From: an uncultured beta proteobacterium
GTDB taxonomy: Bacteria; Pseudomonadota; Gammaproteobacteria; Burkholderiales; SG8-41
NCBI GenBank assembly: GCA_903893565.1
Contig: CAITMU010000108.1
Span: forward strand, 24,415-88,414
Length of the DNA: 64,000 nt
Direction of reading: 5' to 3'
Shown here: positions 9,572 through 19,139 of the stretch, piece after piece
How the letters are laid out: each line of letters begins with the position of its first letter
Position numbering within the stretch: the first letter of the stretch is position 1
Notes under the pieces: generated by a model
The model's input: only the letters and a program-made list of their open reading frames with translations
What the model was told of the DNA's origin: nothing
Databases searched by the model: none
Translations under genes and position numbers: made by a program

Positions 9572-10930
9572 GTGAAACAACACATTTTAACGCAAAAACT
9601 GCTGCGCCCTATCAGCGCGTTGCGTCAAACTCGGCCTTGGCATTGGGCGATAGCCCTCTTATTGCCTTTTTTTGGTATGGTCACCGCCTTTGGTGTGGCC
9701 CCCAATACTATTACGGAGTCGGTGTCTCAAGTCAGTGTGATAGAAGAGGTGAAGCTGCCGCCCTTAGACACCTTACGTGCCGAAAGCCCCTCTGGAAAAC
9801 CCAGTGCTCAGAACGCACTCCCAGAGCAACAAAGCTACTGGCATGAAGAGCGGATTGAACAAGGCGATACCGTGGCGAGCTTACTCGAGCGACTGGGTGT
9901 CGAAAACCGTGCGGCCTACGACTATCTTCGCACTACCCGCTCGGCTCGAGCCTTATACCACCTGATTCCGGGACGCTCTGTCAGCGCGCAAACAACCGCC
10001 CAAGGCGACTTGATCACCTTACGCTATTTAAATGGCGATACCTTACTAACCGTCAAGCAAGTTGGCTCAAGCTACGAGGCCATTGAAAAACCTGCCGAAT
10101 TACAAACCCAGGTTGTTTCCTCTTCAGGCACTATCAGTAGCTCCTTATTTGCAGCAACCGATGAAGCCAACATTCCTGATTCTGTGGCAATGCAATTAGT
10201 GGAAATTTTTTCAACAGACATCGATTTTCACAAAGATCTTAAAAAAAATGATCATTTTTCAGTCGAATATGAAATGATCTACGATCGTGGAGAAGCCGTA
10301 CGATCGGGTCGAATTTTGTCAGCCGAATTTATTAATCAAGGCAAAGTGCATCATGCCATCTGGTATAAATCTAGCGACAGTGAAGGCGCCTACTATAATT
10401 TGGAAGGTAAAAATGCTCGTAAGGCCTTCCTACGCTCCCCATTAGAATTTTCACGGGTAACCTCTGGCTTCACCTTAGCGCGTTTTCATCCGATTTTGCA
10501 GTCTTGGCGTGCCCATACCGGTGTCGATTTTTCAGCTCCGATGGGCACTCGCATAAAATCCACCTCTAAAGGGGTCGTAGAGTTTATGGGAAGTCAAGCA
10601 GGCTACGGTAATGTGATTATTTTGCGCCATGCAGCTGGACTGACCACGCTTTATGGTCATATGTCTGGGTTTGCCCCTCATTTGCAAAAGGGCAGCTCAG
10701 TTGACCAAGGCGAAGTCATCGGTTATGTGGGAATGACTGGCTTGGCAACGGGACCTCATGTTCATTACGAATTTAGAGTGAATGGCGTTTTTCGCGATCC
10801 CTTGTCTGTGTCCCTGCCGGTCGCGGTCTCCCTCAGTGCTGATCAAAAAATTAGTTTCCTCCAATCCGTTGCCCCTCATGTGCAATTACTCGAAAAACTT
10901 CGCGGCTTGAGCGCCAGTAACTTCGATTAG
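9572..10930 (+). CDS. M23-family peptidoglycan endopeptidase
   Basis: The C-terminal LytM domain motifs are HTGVDFSAP and GLATGPHVHYE. There is an N-terminal membrane anchor. GTG start. Confidence 0.85.
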   Translation: MKQHILTQKLLRPISALRQTRPWHWAIALLLPFFGMVTAFGVAPNTITESVSQVSVIEEVKLPPLDTLRAESPSGKPSAQNALPEQQSYWHEERIEQGDTVASLLERLGVENRAAYDYLRTTRSARALYHLIPGRSVSAQTTAQGDLITLRYLNGDTLLTVKQVGSSYEAIEKPAELQTQVVSSSGTISSSLFAATDEANIPDSVAMQLVEIFSTDIDFHKDLKKNDHFSVEYEMIYDRGEAVRSGRILSAEFINQGKVHHAIWYKSSDSEGAYYNLEGKNARKAFLRSPLEFSRVTSGFTLARFHPILQSWRAHTGVDFSAPMGTRIKSTSKGVVEFMGSQAGYGNVIILRHAAGLTTLYGHMSGFAPHLQKGSSVDQGEVIGYVGMTGLATGPHVHYEFRVNGVFRDPLSVSLPVAVSLSADQKISFLQSVAPHVQLLEKLRGLSASNFD

Positions 10931-10938
10931 ACTTTGTA

Positions 10939-12027
10939 ATGCCGCAGACTTTAATCGGGTTAATGTCCGGCACCAGTCTGGATGGAGTTGATGCAGTGCT
11001 CGTGCAATTTGCCCCCCGCATTCGACTGCTCCAAACCGAGCATATGGCATATGGGGCTGGGTTAAAAAAAGATTTATTAGCCCTTTTACACAGCGGGCCT
11101 AACGAATTACATCGAAGTGCCCTGATTACCAATCAAATTACTGACCTTTACGCCGAGTGCATTGCCAAATTACTGGCCCGAACCAACTTTACTCACACGG
11201 ATATCAGCGCTATCGGTTGCCACGGGCAGACCGTTCGTCATAAACCCGAGCTGGGCTACTCCCTACAACTCATGAATGGGGCCAGACTCGCAGAAGCAAC
11301 CCACATCCCTGTTATCTGTGATTTTCGTAGTCGCGACATTGCAGCCGGAGGGCAAGGCGCCCCGTTAGTGCCCGCCTTTCACCGATTAGTCTTTGGATCT
11401 CATCAAGAACACCGATGCATCATCAACATTGGCGGCATTGCCAATATTACCGACTTGCCCATCGATGAGATCAGCGCAGGCTTTGACTGTGGTCCCGGAA
11501 ATGCTTTAATGGATGAGTGGACCCAAAAGCATCGGGGTGAAGACTTCGACCGTGACGGCCAGTGGGCCAGTCAGGGCAAGGTATTAGCACCCTTACTAGA
11601 AACATGGCTAGCGCACGAGTTTTTTCATCACCCTCCCCCAAAAAGCAGTGGTCGAGATACCTTTAATCTTCATTGGGCTCTTCAATTTTGTAACGGACTG
11701 GAGGCTGCGGTCGACATTCAAGCCACCTTGCTCGAACTCACCGTGCGCAGCATTTGCCAAGCCCTACAGTCCTACTGCCAAGGGGTTAAATCGATTTTTA
11801 TTTGCGGCGGAGGGGCCCGTAACAAGACCCTCATGCATCGATTAATGCAACTTTGTCCTTTACAAAAAGTTCAAAGCACAAGCGCCTTGGGAATTGATGA
11901 ACAGTGGGTAGAGGCGTTAGCGTTTGCTTGGCTTGCCTTACAGAATCTGAACCAACGGCCTGCCAATGTAGCCGCCCTCACCGGGGCCAGAGGAGAAAGA
12001 ATTCTTGGGGCTATTTATCCAGCCTAA
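10939..12027 (+). CDS. anmK: anhydro-N-acetylmuramic acid kinase
   Basis: The N-terminus (LIGLMSGTSLDGVD) and the overall 362-aa length are typical of AnmK. Confidence 0.9.
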   Translation: MPQTLIGLMSGTSLDGVDAVLVQFAPRIRLLQTEHMAYGAGLKKDLLALLHSGPNELHRSALITNQITDLYAECIAKLLARTNFTHTDISAIGCHGQTVRHKPELGYSLQLMNGARLAEATHIPVICDFRSRDIAAGGQGAPLVPAFHRLVFGSHQEHRCIINIGGIANITDLPIDEISAGFDCGPGNALMDEWTQKHRGEDFDRDGQWASQGKVLAPLLETWLAHEFFHHPPPKSSGRDTFNLHWALQFCNGLEAAVDIQATLLELTVRSICQALQSYCQGVKSIFICGGGARNKTLMHRLMQLCPLQKVQSTSALGIDEQWVEALAFAWLALQNLNQRPANVAALTGARGERILGAIYPA

Positions 12028-12381
12028 CTATGCAGAAAACGATGATCCACAACCGCAAGTCGAAGTCGCATTAGGATTTTTAATCACGAACTGTGCGCCT
12101 TCCACATTTTCCTGATAATCAATCTCAGCGCCCAAAAGATATTGCAAGCTCATTGGGTCAACCAACAAGGTCACCCCTTCCTTATTGAGCGATGTGTCAT
12201 CATCGCTCACCGCTTCTTCAAAAGTAAATCCGTATTGAAAACCTGAACATCCCCCGCCTGAGACAAAGACACGTAATTTCAGATCAGGGTTACCTTCTTC
12301 CTCAATCAATTGTTTAACCTTGTTTGCCGCATTATCCGTAAAGACTAAGGGTTCTGGGAGTTGTTCTGTGATGGCATTCAT
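12028..12381 (-). CDS. erpA: iron-sulfur cluster insertion protein (IscA/ErpA family)
   Basis: 117 aa with GGGCSGFQY and a C-terminal CGCGSSF motif. Confidence 0.88.
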   Translation of the reverse strand: MNAITEQLPEPLVFTDNAANKVKQLIEEEGNPDLKLRVFVSGGGCSGFQYGFTFEEAVSDDDTSLNKEGVTLLVDPMSLQYLLGAEIDYQENVEGAQFVIKNPNATSTCGCGSSFSA

Positions 12382-12395
12382 ACGATAAACCTCAA

Positions 12396-12420
12396 TAAAA
12401 AACGCACAAGACGCTTTGCG
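12396..12420 (-). terminator. putative intrinsic terminator downstream of the bactofilin gene
   Basis: On the minus strand: CGCAAAG-CGT-CTT(G)TGCG, a 7-bp stem with one bulge, followed by TTTTTTATTG. Confidence 0.4.
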
Positions 12421-12472
12421 ATTAATTCATTTTCCTACGGTAGTCCGACTCTATAGCAATTAATACGACCTG

Positions 12473-12880
12473 TCACTCTGCCGTATTAGTTTTTAATTGG
12501 ACCACTTTATCAGAGTGGTTATGAGGAACATAAATCAGTTGCCCTTGTATGACCGCACCCATCTGCATTTCTAATTTCTGGTAATGCAAATCACCTTCCA
12601 CATTGGCTTTGGATTGTAATTCAATGCTTTGCGCCGCATACACTGGGCCCTTCACCCGGCCATTGATCATCACATGGTCTACTCGTATTTCACCTTCGAC
12701 CAAAGCTTGCTCTGAAATCACTAGCATCCCGGGTTGCTCAACGCTGCACGAGACATTGCCACGTACTTGCCCATCGACACGAAGGCCCCCAGAGAACGTA
12801 ATATTGCCCTCAATGGCGGTGCCAACACCGATCAGAGTGTCAATACGACTTTGTGGTTTTTTACTTTCATTTCCAAACAT
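12473..12880 (-). CDS. bactofilin-family polymer-forming cytoskeletal protein
   Basis: 135 aa. The repetitive beta-helix pattern (G.I.F.G.LRVDG.V.G.V...) is typical of the bactofilin (DUF583) domain. Confidence 0.85.
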   Translation of the reverse strand: MFGNESKKPQSRIDTLIGVGTAIEGNITFSGGLRVDGQVRGNVSCSVEQPGMLVISEQALVEGEIRVDHVMINGRVKGPVYAAQSIELQSKANVEGDLHYQKLEMQMGAVIQGQLIYVPHNHSDKVVQLKTNTAE

Positions 12881-12893
12881 AGTAGGTCCTTCA

Positions 12894-13640
12894 TTAAAAT
12901 TTAAGACTTTGCGTCAGTTTAGGGGTGTCATTGCCTTTTTGATAAACTTGGATGTCGATCCCTTTAATCTGACTGCCAGGGGCTAATCGGATCAAACCTT
13001 CAAGGCGCTGATAGGATTTAAAGTTTAACTCAAATGCCTTCGTCTCCACAGTTTTATCGTCCGGCAAGCGTAAAACCATCTGTTCTGACCCTTTTTGAAC
13101 TCTCAGTATTAAGGTAAAATTTCCTTTAAAATCAATGGGTCTTTGACCTTCTTGGGCTAATAACAAGCGGTATCGGAAACTGCCTGATGTCACCTCAGGC
13201 ACTAGTTTAAAACGACTCACCACCAATGCCCCATCCTTGCCGGACACCGGTAGCAACGATTGAAAAAATGCCAAGTCGGCCTTCAACGCCACATTGTCTG
13301 CCACCAGCGTCTGCATTTGATGGGTCAGATCTGCAATACTTGCTGCGTCTATTTTTACTTGATTTTGCGTTTGAATCAAGGTTTGTCGAATCTCGCCTAA
13401 TTGTCTTAATTGGTCCTCATTAAGGGCCGTTAAACGGGTGATTTTTTCATTACTCTCAATATGATGAAATCCGGCGAATTCACTACCAAAATGATAGGTG
13501 ACTAGTCCCACACACCCCACGACAATAACCAGGCCTAATATCAAGGTGCTTTGAAAATACCAAGGCAAGCGAGTGCTCACAATCACTTTTGGCGCCGCCA
13601 CACCGAGTCGTTTTTTTTGCCACTTTGTCCAAATTTTCAT
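12894..13640 (-). CDS. membrane-anchored coiled-coil protein, co-oriented with bactofilin
   Basis: 248 aa with one N-terminal TM segment (LILGLVIVVGCVGLVTY) followed by a heptad-like region. It ends 13 nt upstream of the bactofilin ATG. It may belong to a DUF family that pairs with bactofilin, but I am not certain of this. Confidence 0.6.
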   Translation of the reverse strand: MKIWTKWQKKRLGVAAPKVIVSTRLPWYFQSTLILGLVIVVGCVGLVTYHFGSEFAGFHHIESNEKITRLTALNEDQLRQLGEIRQTLIQTQNQVKIDAASIADLTHQMQTLVADNVALKADLAFFQSLLPVSGKDGALVVSRFKLVPEVTSGSFRYRLLLAQEGQRPIDFKGNFTLILRVQKGSEQMVLRLPDDKTVETKAFELNFKSYQRLEGLIRLAPGSQIKGIDIQVYQKGNDTPKLTQSLKF

Positions 13641-13757
13641 GAGCTTAACTGTCCATTACACTTGGAATGGGATAATTTTTAGGCTCATCCCCCCTACCCT
13701 CAGCGGCTTAGCCGATCAGAACTCTTTTTTTAAAACATTGCCAACCGTCCTAGGTAA

Positions 13758-14801
13758 TTAGGGTAGCAACGCTATTTGCTGAAGTCCCAGTGTTTCTTCA
13801 AAGCCGAACATCAGGTTCATGTTTTGCACCGCCTGACCTGCCGCTCCTTTTACCAAATTATCAATTACCGATAACACTACTACGGTGTCACCATTTTGAG
13901 GTCTATGTATGGCAATTCGACATTGGTTGGAGCCCCGAACAGAACGCGTATCGGGATGAGACCCTGCTGGTAAGACATCCACAAAGGGCTCATTGGCATA
14001 GCGTTTTTCGAAAAGGGCTTGTAAATCCCCCGCACTCTTATCTAAGCGTGCGTACAAGGTCGCATGAATACCTCGAATCATGGGCGTCAGGTGGGGAGTA
14101 AAAATCAAACCCACAGACTCATGAGCCATCTGAGCCAAGCCCTGACTGATTTCAGGCCAATGTCGGTGTCCTGACACTCCATACGCCTTGAAATTGTCCG
14201 CCGCTTCCGCCAACAAAGTATGCACCTCGGCCTTTCGTCCCGCACCTGAAACACCCGATTTGGCATCTGCAATCAAGTGTGACACATCCACACATCCCGA
14301 TTCAAGGAGGGGTAAAAACCCCAGTTGGACCGCCGTTGGGTAACACCCCGGATTGGCCACTAGCTGTGCGCCCCGTATTTTTTCCCGATTCAGCTCAGGT
14401 AATCCGTAAACGGCTTGGCGAACCCAATCGGGGCTGGCATGTGTTAATTGATACCACTGCTCCCACACAGCAATGTTTTGAATTCTAAAATCTGCCGCCA
14501 GATCGATCACCCTGACTCCGGCCTTTAAAAGCGGTGGCGCCTCTTGCATCGCAATGCCATTCGGCGTGGCATAAAAAACCAGATCACAATGCTCCAATGG
14601 CGCCTTTTCGGGTGTAACAAAATGAAGATCCACATATCCGCGCAAATTAGGAAACATCTGAGCCACCGCCATCCCGGCCTCAGAGCGCGAGGTGATCGCC
14701 TCTAGACTGACATGAGGATGCAAGGCTAACAAACGCAATAATTCAACACCCGTGTAACCCGTGCCACCGACCACACCGACTTTGATGGTTTTTTGTTTCA
14801 T
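13758..14801 (-). CDS. argC: N-acetyl-gamma-glutamyl-phosphate reductase
   Basis: [11 protein letters not shown]ossmann N-terminus and the active-site region NPGCYPT. I chose the in-frame ATG at 14801 ([10 protein letters not shown]) over the longest ORF start at 14840. Confidence 0.9.
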   Translation of the reverse strand: MKQKTIKVGVVGGTGYTGVELLRLLALHPHVSLEAITSRSEAGMAVAQMFPNLRGYVDLHFVTPEKAPLEHCDLVFYATPNGIAMQEAPPLLKAGVRVIDLAADFRIQNIAVWEQWYQLTHASPDWVRQAVYGLPELNREKIRGAQLVANPGCYPTAVQLGFLPLLESGCVDVSHLIADAKSGVSGAGRKAEVHTLLAEAADNFKAYGVSGHRHWPEISQGLAQMAHESVGLIFTPHLTPMIRGIHATLYARLDKSAGDLQALFEKRYANEPFVDVLPAGSHPDTRSVRGSNQCRIAIHRPQNGDTVVVLSVIDNLVKGAAGQAVQNMNLMFGFEETLGLQQIALLP

Positions 14802-14979
14802 AGTTTCGCCTTTGCTAAGTCTTGCCCAATTGCAAGCCATTTTACGAAAACCCCCAGCAAACTGCTAGGGCTAGAACGCCATCACAGCAACCCGCCCTAG
14901 GTCATGATCTGTCTGGCGATGAATAAATTAAAGCGGGCTACCCTCACAACGGTTACATTTTTTAACCCATTCCAACAAC

Positions 14980-15002
14980 AAAGCCGCCCAGAGGGCGGCT
15001 TT
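14980..15002 (-). terminator. intrinsic terminator of rplM-rpsI
   Basis: AAAGCCGCCC-AGA-GGGCGGCTTT, a perfect 10-bp stem 26 nt downstream of the rpsI stop. On the minus strand it is followed by GTTGTTGG. Confidence 0.55.
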
Positions 15003-15027
15003 GAAGAATATAAACACTGGCAATCGA

Positions 15028-15423
15028 TTAGCGTTTGGAGAACTGCTTACGACGACGTGCTTTACGTAGACCCACTTTCTTACGTTCCACTTCACGAGCA
15101 TCACGCGTCACTAAACCAGCTTTTTTCAAAGGGGGTTTCAAAGTGGCATCATAATCGATCAAGGCACGGGTAATACCATGTCGAACGGCTCCCGCCTGAC
15201 CCGACTCTCCACCACCAATCACATTCACACGAATATCAAAGCGTTCCGTATTTTCGGTCAACACGAGAGGTTGACGAACAATCATACGACCCGTTTCGCG
15301 AGAGAAAAACTCGTCCACTGGTTTGCCATTAACAATAATAGCGCCTTTACCTGGCTTTAAAAAAACGCGTGCCACAGCACTTTTGCGCCGACCGGTTCCA
15401 TAATTCGTTTGAACTGCTACCAT
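15028..15423 (-). CDS. rpsI: 30S ribosomal protein S9
   Basis: 131 aa with the canonical [12 protein letters not shown] start region and the [12 protein letters not shown]-terminus. Confidence 0.96.
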   Translation of the reverse strand: MVAVQTNYGTGRRKSAVARVFLKPGKGAIIVNGKPVDEFFSRETGRMIVRQPLVLTENTERFDIRVNVIGGGESGQAGAVRHGITRALIDYDATLKPPLKKAGLVTRDAREVERKKVGLRKARRRKQFSKR

Positions 15424-15465
15424 AAAATATTGCCTCGCTTAGCTGACTGATTCAGAGTGATCAAA

Positions 15466-15900
15466 TTAAAATTGCAATGGCTTGGGTTGTTGCGCCGTAT
15501 GGGGGTGAACTTCACCAGCGTAGGCTTTCATCTTTTTAATCATGGCATAACCTAAGGGACCTTTAGGCAACATTCCCTTGACAGCCTTTTCCAACGCACG
15601 ACCTGGATGGTCCGCTTGCATCGATTCAAAGGTTGTGGTCCGAATACCACCGGGATAACCCGTATGACGGTGATACAGTTTGTTTTTTAACTTATCCCCT
15701 GTGACACGCAACTTATCGACATTGACCACCACGATATAGTCACCCGTATCGACATGGGGAGTGAACTCAGGCTTGTGTTTACCACGAAGTCTGTGGGCAA
15801 TCTCGGCCGCCAAACGGCCCAAGACCTTGCCGCCTGCATCCACTATGAACCAGCCGTGTTCTACGGTTTCTGCTTTGGCATTATAAGTTTTCATCGACAA
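15466..15900 (-). CDS. rplM: 50S ribosomal protein L13
   Basis: 144 aa with W.IVDA..K.LGRLA...A..LRGKHKP..TPH.D.GD, typical of L13. It sits immediately upstream of rpsI. Confidence 0.96.
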   Translation of the reverse strand: MSMKTYNAKAETVEHGWFIVDAGGKVLGRLAAEIAHRLRGKHKPEFTPHVDTGDYIVVVNVDKLRVTGDKLKNKLYHRHTGYPGGIRTTTFESMQADHPGRALEKAVKGMLPKGPLGYAMIKKMKAYAGEVHPHTAQQPKPLQF

Positions 15901-15970
15901 ATTCCATTTCTAAATTTCTATAGGTAACATCTACCCTGCATTTCAATCGTCAAGATGTTTCTTGTAAACA

Positions 15971-16010
15971 TCTGTTCGTTGTATCTCGTTATATCTCGTT
16001 ATATCTCGTA
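15971..16010. repeat. tandem 10-bp repeat (consensus ATATCTCGTT), 3 good copies plus 1 degenerate
   Basis: The sequence reads tctgttcgtt gtatctcgtt atatctcgtt atatctcgta. It lies 70-110 nt upstream of the rplM start codon. Confidence 0.75.
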
Positions 16011-16188
16011 TCCGACGCTTAATTGCGAACGCGGACATACGACTAACACCAGACTGACCTTCCCTTTAAGGGGCTTACCCCCACTTCAGTCCCTGCCACC
16101 TTGCAAGTTCCACAAACCATACTTGCCATTAAAATTTCATCTATTATGATCATTTGCATCGTTTACACTATTACCATGAACGAAGAAG

Positions 16189-16218
16189 CAATCACGGCCC
16201 AAACAATCACGACCCAAA
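16189..16218. repeat. tandem 15-nt direct repeat (CAATCACGRCCCAAA x2)
   Basis: Positions 16189-16203 and 16204-16218 match at 14 of 15 positions. The repeat lies inside a G-poor non-coding tract. Confidence 0.7.
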
Positions 16219-16488
16219 AAAACCCAATAGACGAATCAACTACTCCCACTTTTTATCCACGCACCCTGCCTAGCTATGGCCCGCTTCAAATAACGCTAAA
16301 CGCACATCCAACTCTTCACAACACACTCTTTTCACCCAGCCTCCAGCGTTACAATAACCGCCCGATCTCAGGGAAACCATGAATTGTATTTGAAATCAGT
16401 ACCCTGTGTCAATATTTCACTAAAATAACCCCCATCTGTCCCTCGCGGTTTTAATTTAAATAATTGAAAGAAAAACAGGGAATTAATA

Positions 16489-17253
16489 ATGACTTGGCTG
16501 CTGACCAATAGTTTGGCTTCATGGCTATTACCCCCCGGGTGCCTGATTTTAACCGGCGGTTTTGGCCTGTGGCGCCTCTGGCGACAACACCGCACATCAG
16601 GCTACAGTCTCATTATTTTTACGTTAGTCAGTTTATGGCTACTCTCAACCCCATGGGTATCACACCGGCTAGCCCAGCAAATCGAGCCTCCCGCGCTCGA
16701 TTTAAAGCACTTACCCAAAGCACAAGCCATCGTCATTTTAGGAGGGGGCAAATATCATGCACCCCCAGAATATCCCGAAACTGATAGTGTCAATCGTCCC
16801 ACTCTCTCGCGACTACGCTATGGCGCAAAACTCTACCACCAGACGCATTTGCCCATTTTGGTGACAGGAGGCAACCCTGAAGGCGGCACGCTTTCAGAGG
16901 CACAGGTCATGAAAGCCTGCCTTGAAGAGGACTTTCATACCCCTGTGACTTGGACAGAGAATCGATCAACGACCACCCAAAGCAATGCCAGCGAAAGTTT
17001 TTCGGTATTGAAAACCCATGGCGTCAGCCGTATTTTTCTAGTCACTCAAGCGTGGCATATGCCCCGTGCCACTCGCGCTTTTACTCGGGCCGGCTTCACT
17101 GTCACCCCCGCGCCTATCGATTTTTCTACCCACTCCTCCACGCCTCTACTCGATTGGATGCCCAAAGCTGAAAAGTTAATGCTTTCCAGCTTAGTCGCGC
17201 ATGAGTTGATCGGAGAGCTCTGGTATCAGCTAAAATTCTCACTTCACTTTTAG
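16489..17253 (+). CDS. YdcF/ElyC-family (DUF218) protein
   Basis: 254 aa with N-terminal TM segments. DUF218-type motifs are present (AIVILGGG, ILVTGG, LVTQAWHMPRA). Confidence 0.8.
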   Translation: MTWLLTNSLASWLLPPGCLILTGGFGLWRLWRQHRTSGYSLIIFTLVSLWLLSTPWVSHRLAQQIEPPALDLKHLPKAQAIVILGGGKYHAPPEYPETDSVNRPTLSRLRYGAKLYHQTHLPILVTGGNPEGGTLSEAQVMKACLEEDFHTPVTWTENRSTTTQSNASESFSVLKTHGVSRIFLVTQAWHMPRATRAFTRAGFTVTPAPIDFSTHSSTPLLDWMPKAEKLMLSSLVAHELIGELWYQLKFSLHF

Positions 17254-17265
17254 GAATTGATCGCC

Positions 17266-17682
17266 ATGAAAGCACGTATTAAATGGTTAGAAAATGTGGC
17301 CTTTGTGGCCGAATCGGAAAGCGGCCACGCCATGGTCATGGATGGAGCGCCCGAAGGCGGGGGGCGAAACCTAGGACCTCGTCCGATGGAGACCCTACTC
17401 ATGGCCGCCGGCGGTTGTACGGCTTATGATGTGGTATTTATTCTTAAAAAATCGCGCGCCCCAGTCACTGATTGCGTTTTACAAATCGAGGCTGAGCGGG
17501 CCAATGAAGATCCGAAAGTCTTCACTAAAATTCATTTTCATTTTATTGTCACGGGCAAAGGTCTTAAACCTCAGCAAGTCGAACGAGCCGTACACTTATC
17601 TGCAGAAAAATATTGCTCAGCTTCCATTATGCTAGGCAAAACTGCCCAAGTGAGTCATGACTTTGAACTCATAGAAGGCTAA
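17266..17682 (+). CDS. OsmC-family peroxiredoxin-like protein
   Basis: About 138 aa with an OsmC-like pattern (GP.P.E.LL.A.GGC...D...IL.K.R, ...HLSAEKYCSAS). I prefer the ATG at 17266 to the TTG at 17257. Confidence 0.8.
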   Translation: MKARIKWLENVAFVAESESGHAMVMDGAPEGGGRNLGPRPMETLLMAAGGCTAYDVVFILKKSRAPVTDCVLQIEAERANEDPKVFTKIHFHFIVTGKGLKPQQVERAVHLSAEKYCSASIMLGKTAQVSHDFELIEG

Positions 17683-17699
17683 ATCTGGCGATTGACCCT

Positions 17700-18323
17700 C
17701 TACAACCAATAAGTCGTACTGGTCATTAACTTCGCACTAAGGCTCATCCCCATTTTCACCGGTTTAGGCAACGCTATGCCGCCGCCCTCCAGCGCGCGCT
17801 TTGCGTGAGTTAATTCGTCCTCACACATTTGACTCACGATGGCTCGGCTTTTTTGATCTTGAGGGGGTAGTCGATTAAGATGGGATTGCAAGTGTTTGGC
17901 GACCTGACGCTCCGTTTCAACGACAAACCCCAAGCTCCAACGGTCCCCCAATAAACCACTCAGGGCACCTACGGTTAAGGACCCTACGAAAAAAAAGGGG
18001 TTCAGGATACTTTTTTCTCCTCCCAGTTCTTTCAATCGCGCTTCGGTCCAGGCTAAATGCTCCCCCTCCTCTAAGGCTGACTGCGCCATCGAGGCTTTTA
18101 TGCGTTGGGTTTTTGCGGTGAGGGCTTGGCCTTGATACAACCCTTGCGCGCACACCTCCCCGCAGTGATTAATTCTCATCATGGCGATAGACTCTCGACG
18201 CTCTTCGGTCCCCAACACAACGTCATCAAACGCCTGACCAGGAACCGGTCTAACCGTCTGGGCCGGGGCCCATAAGGTTCGTAAACCCTTATCAAAAGCC
18301 TCAATTAAGGTATCGATCTGCAT
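17700..18323 (-). CDS. coq7: demethoxyubiquinone hydroxylase (di-iron carboxylate)
   Basis: Two E..H di-iron motifs (EEGEHLAW and EDELTHA) and MMRINHCGEVCAQ. The ATG at 18323 gives about 207 aa, the usual Coq7 length, and lies 4 nt after the trpC stop. Confidence 0.85.
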   Translation of the reverse strand: MQIDTLIEAFDKGLRTLWAPAQTVRPVPGQAFDDVVLGTEERRESIAMMRINHCGEVCAQGLYQGQALTAKTQRIKASMAQSALEEGEHLAWTEARLKELGGEKSILNPFFFVGSLTVGALSGLLGDRWSLGFVVETERQVAKHLQSHLNRLPPQDQKSRAIVSQMCEDELTHAKRALEGGGIALPKPVKMGMSLSAKLMTSTTYWL

Positions 18324-18327
18324 TTTT

Positions 18328-19122
18328 TTATAGCACGCCAAATAAGCGCTGCAATTGCTCACCCGGTTCATCCGCCCGCATGAAGGCTTCCCCGACTAAG
18401 AATCCATGGACACCGTGTTGACGCATTTTATGAACATCGTCGCTTTTTAAAATACCACTTTCAGTAATCACCATCCGCTCCTGAGGAATACTGGCGAGTA
18501 AATCCAAGGTTGTTTCAAGACGCGTTTCAAAGGTCTTCAAATTACGGTTATTGACCCCAATAAGGGGGGTGTCTAATTCCAGGGCCCAGTCCAACTCGGA
18601 AGCCGCATGCACCTCCACTAGCACGGACAAACCTAAGTGTTTTGCCACCGCGTTCAATTCATGCAACTGTGTCCTAGCCAGTGCCGCCACAATCAGTAAG
18701 ATGCAATCTGCCCCCGCTGCACGCGCCTCAAACAACTGATAAGGGTCAATCATAAAGTCCTTACGCAGCACCGGCAAATCACATGCTTGGCGGGCAGCCT
18801 GAAGATGGCTCAAATGGCCCTGAAAAAACGATTCATCTGTCAACACTGATAGACAAGCTGCACCATGCTGGGCATAACTTTTGGCAATGTGAACGGGATC
18901 AAAATTGGCTCGGATCACCCCTTTGCTAGGACTGGCCTTTTTGATTTCACAAATGACCCCCGACTGGCCTGCGGCAACTTTACGCTGCAAGGCGAGCTTA
19001 AAATCTCGAATCACAGGACCCTTCGCCGCGGCCTGTTGCACTTGTTCTAATGAAAGGAGCGCTTTGGCCCGAATCACCTCTTCGTGCTTCACTTTAAGTA
19101 TTCGTTGCAGAATGTCTGACAT
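18328..19122 (-). CDS. trpC: indole-3-glycerol-phosphate synthase
   Basis: 264 aa with the motifs [19 protein letters not shown] and RKDF. Confidence 0.93.
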   Translation of the reverse strand: MSDILQRILKVKHEEVIRAKALLSLEQVQQAAAKGPVIRDFKLALQRKVAAGQSGVICEIKKASPSKGVIRANFDPVHIAKSYAQHGAACLSVLTDESFFQGHLSHLQAARQACDLPVLRKDFMIDPYQLFEARAAGADCILLIVAALARTQLHELNAVAKHLGLSVLVEVHAASELDWALELDTPLIGVNNRNLKTFETRLETTLDLLASIPQERMVITESGILKSDDVHKMRQHGVHGFLVGEAFMRADEPGEQLQRLFGVL

Positions 19123-19139
19123 GGGTGTTTAAAAAAAAT

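Noticed and set aside
15971-16218. The tandem repeats considered as a CRISPR array or other spacer-repeat structure.
   Set aside because: The units are 10 and 15 nt, directly abutting with no spacers, and there are only 2-4 copies. That is not CRISPR-like.
16101-16382. A 93-aa ORF in the rplM/ydcF intergenic region.
   Set aside because: It has a TTG start and T/P/Q/N-rich low complexity that mirrors the G-poor nucleotide composition. It has no SD and no family resemblance. The region is reported as an unusual non-coding tract instead.
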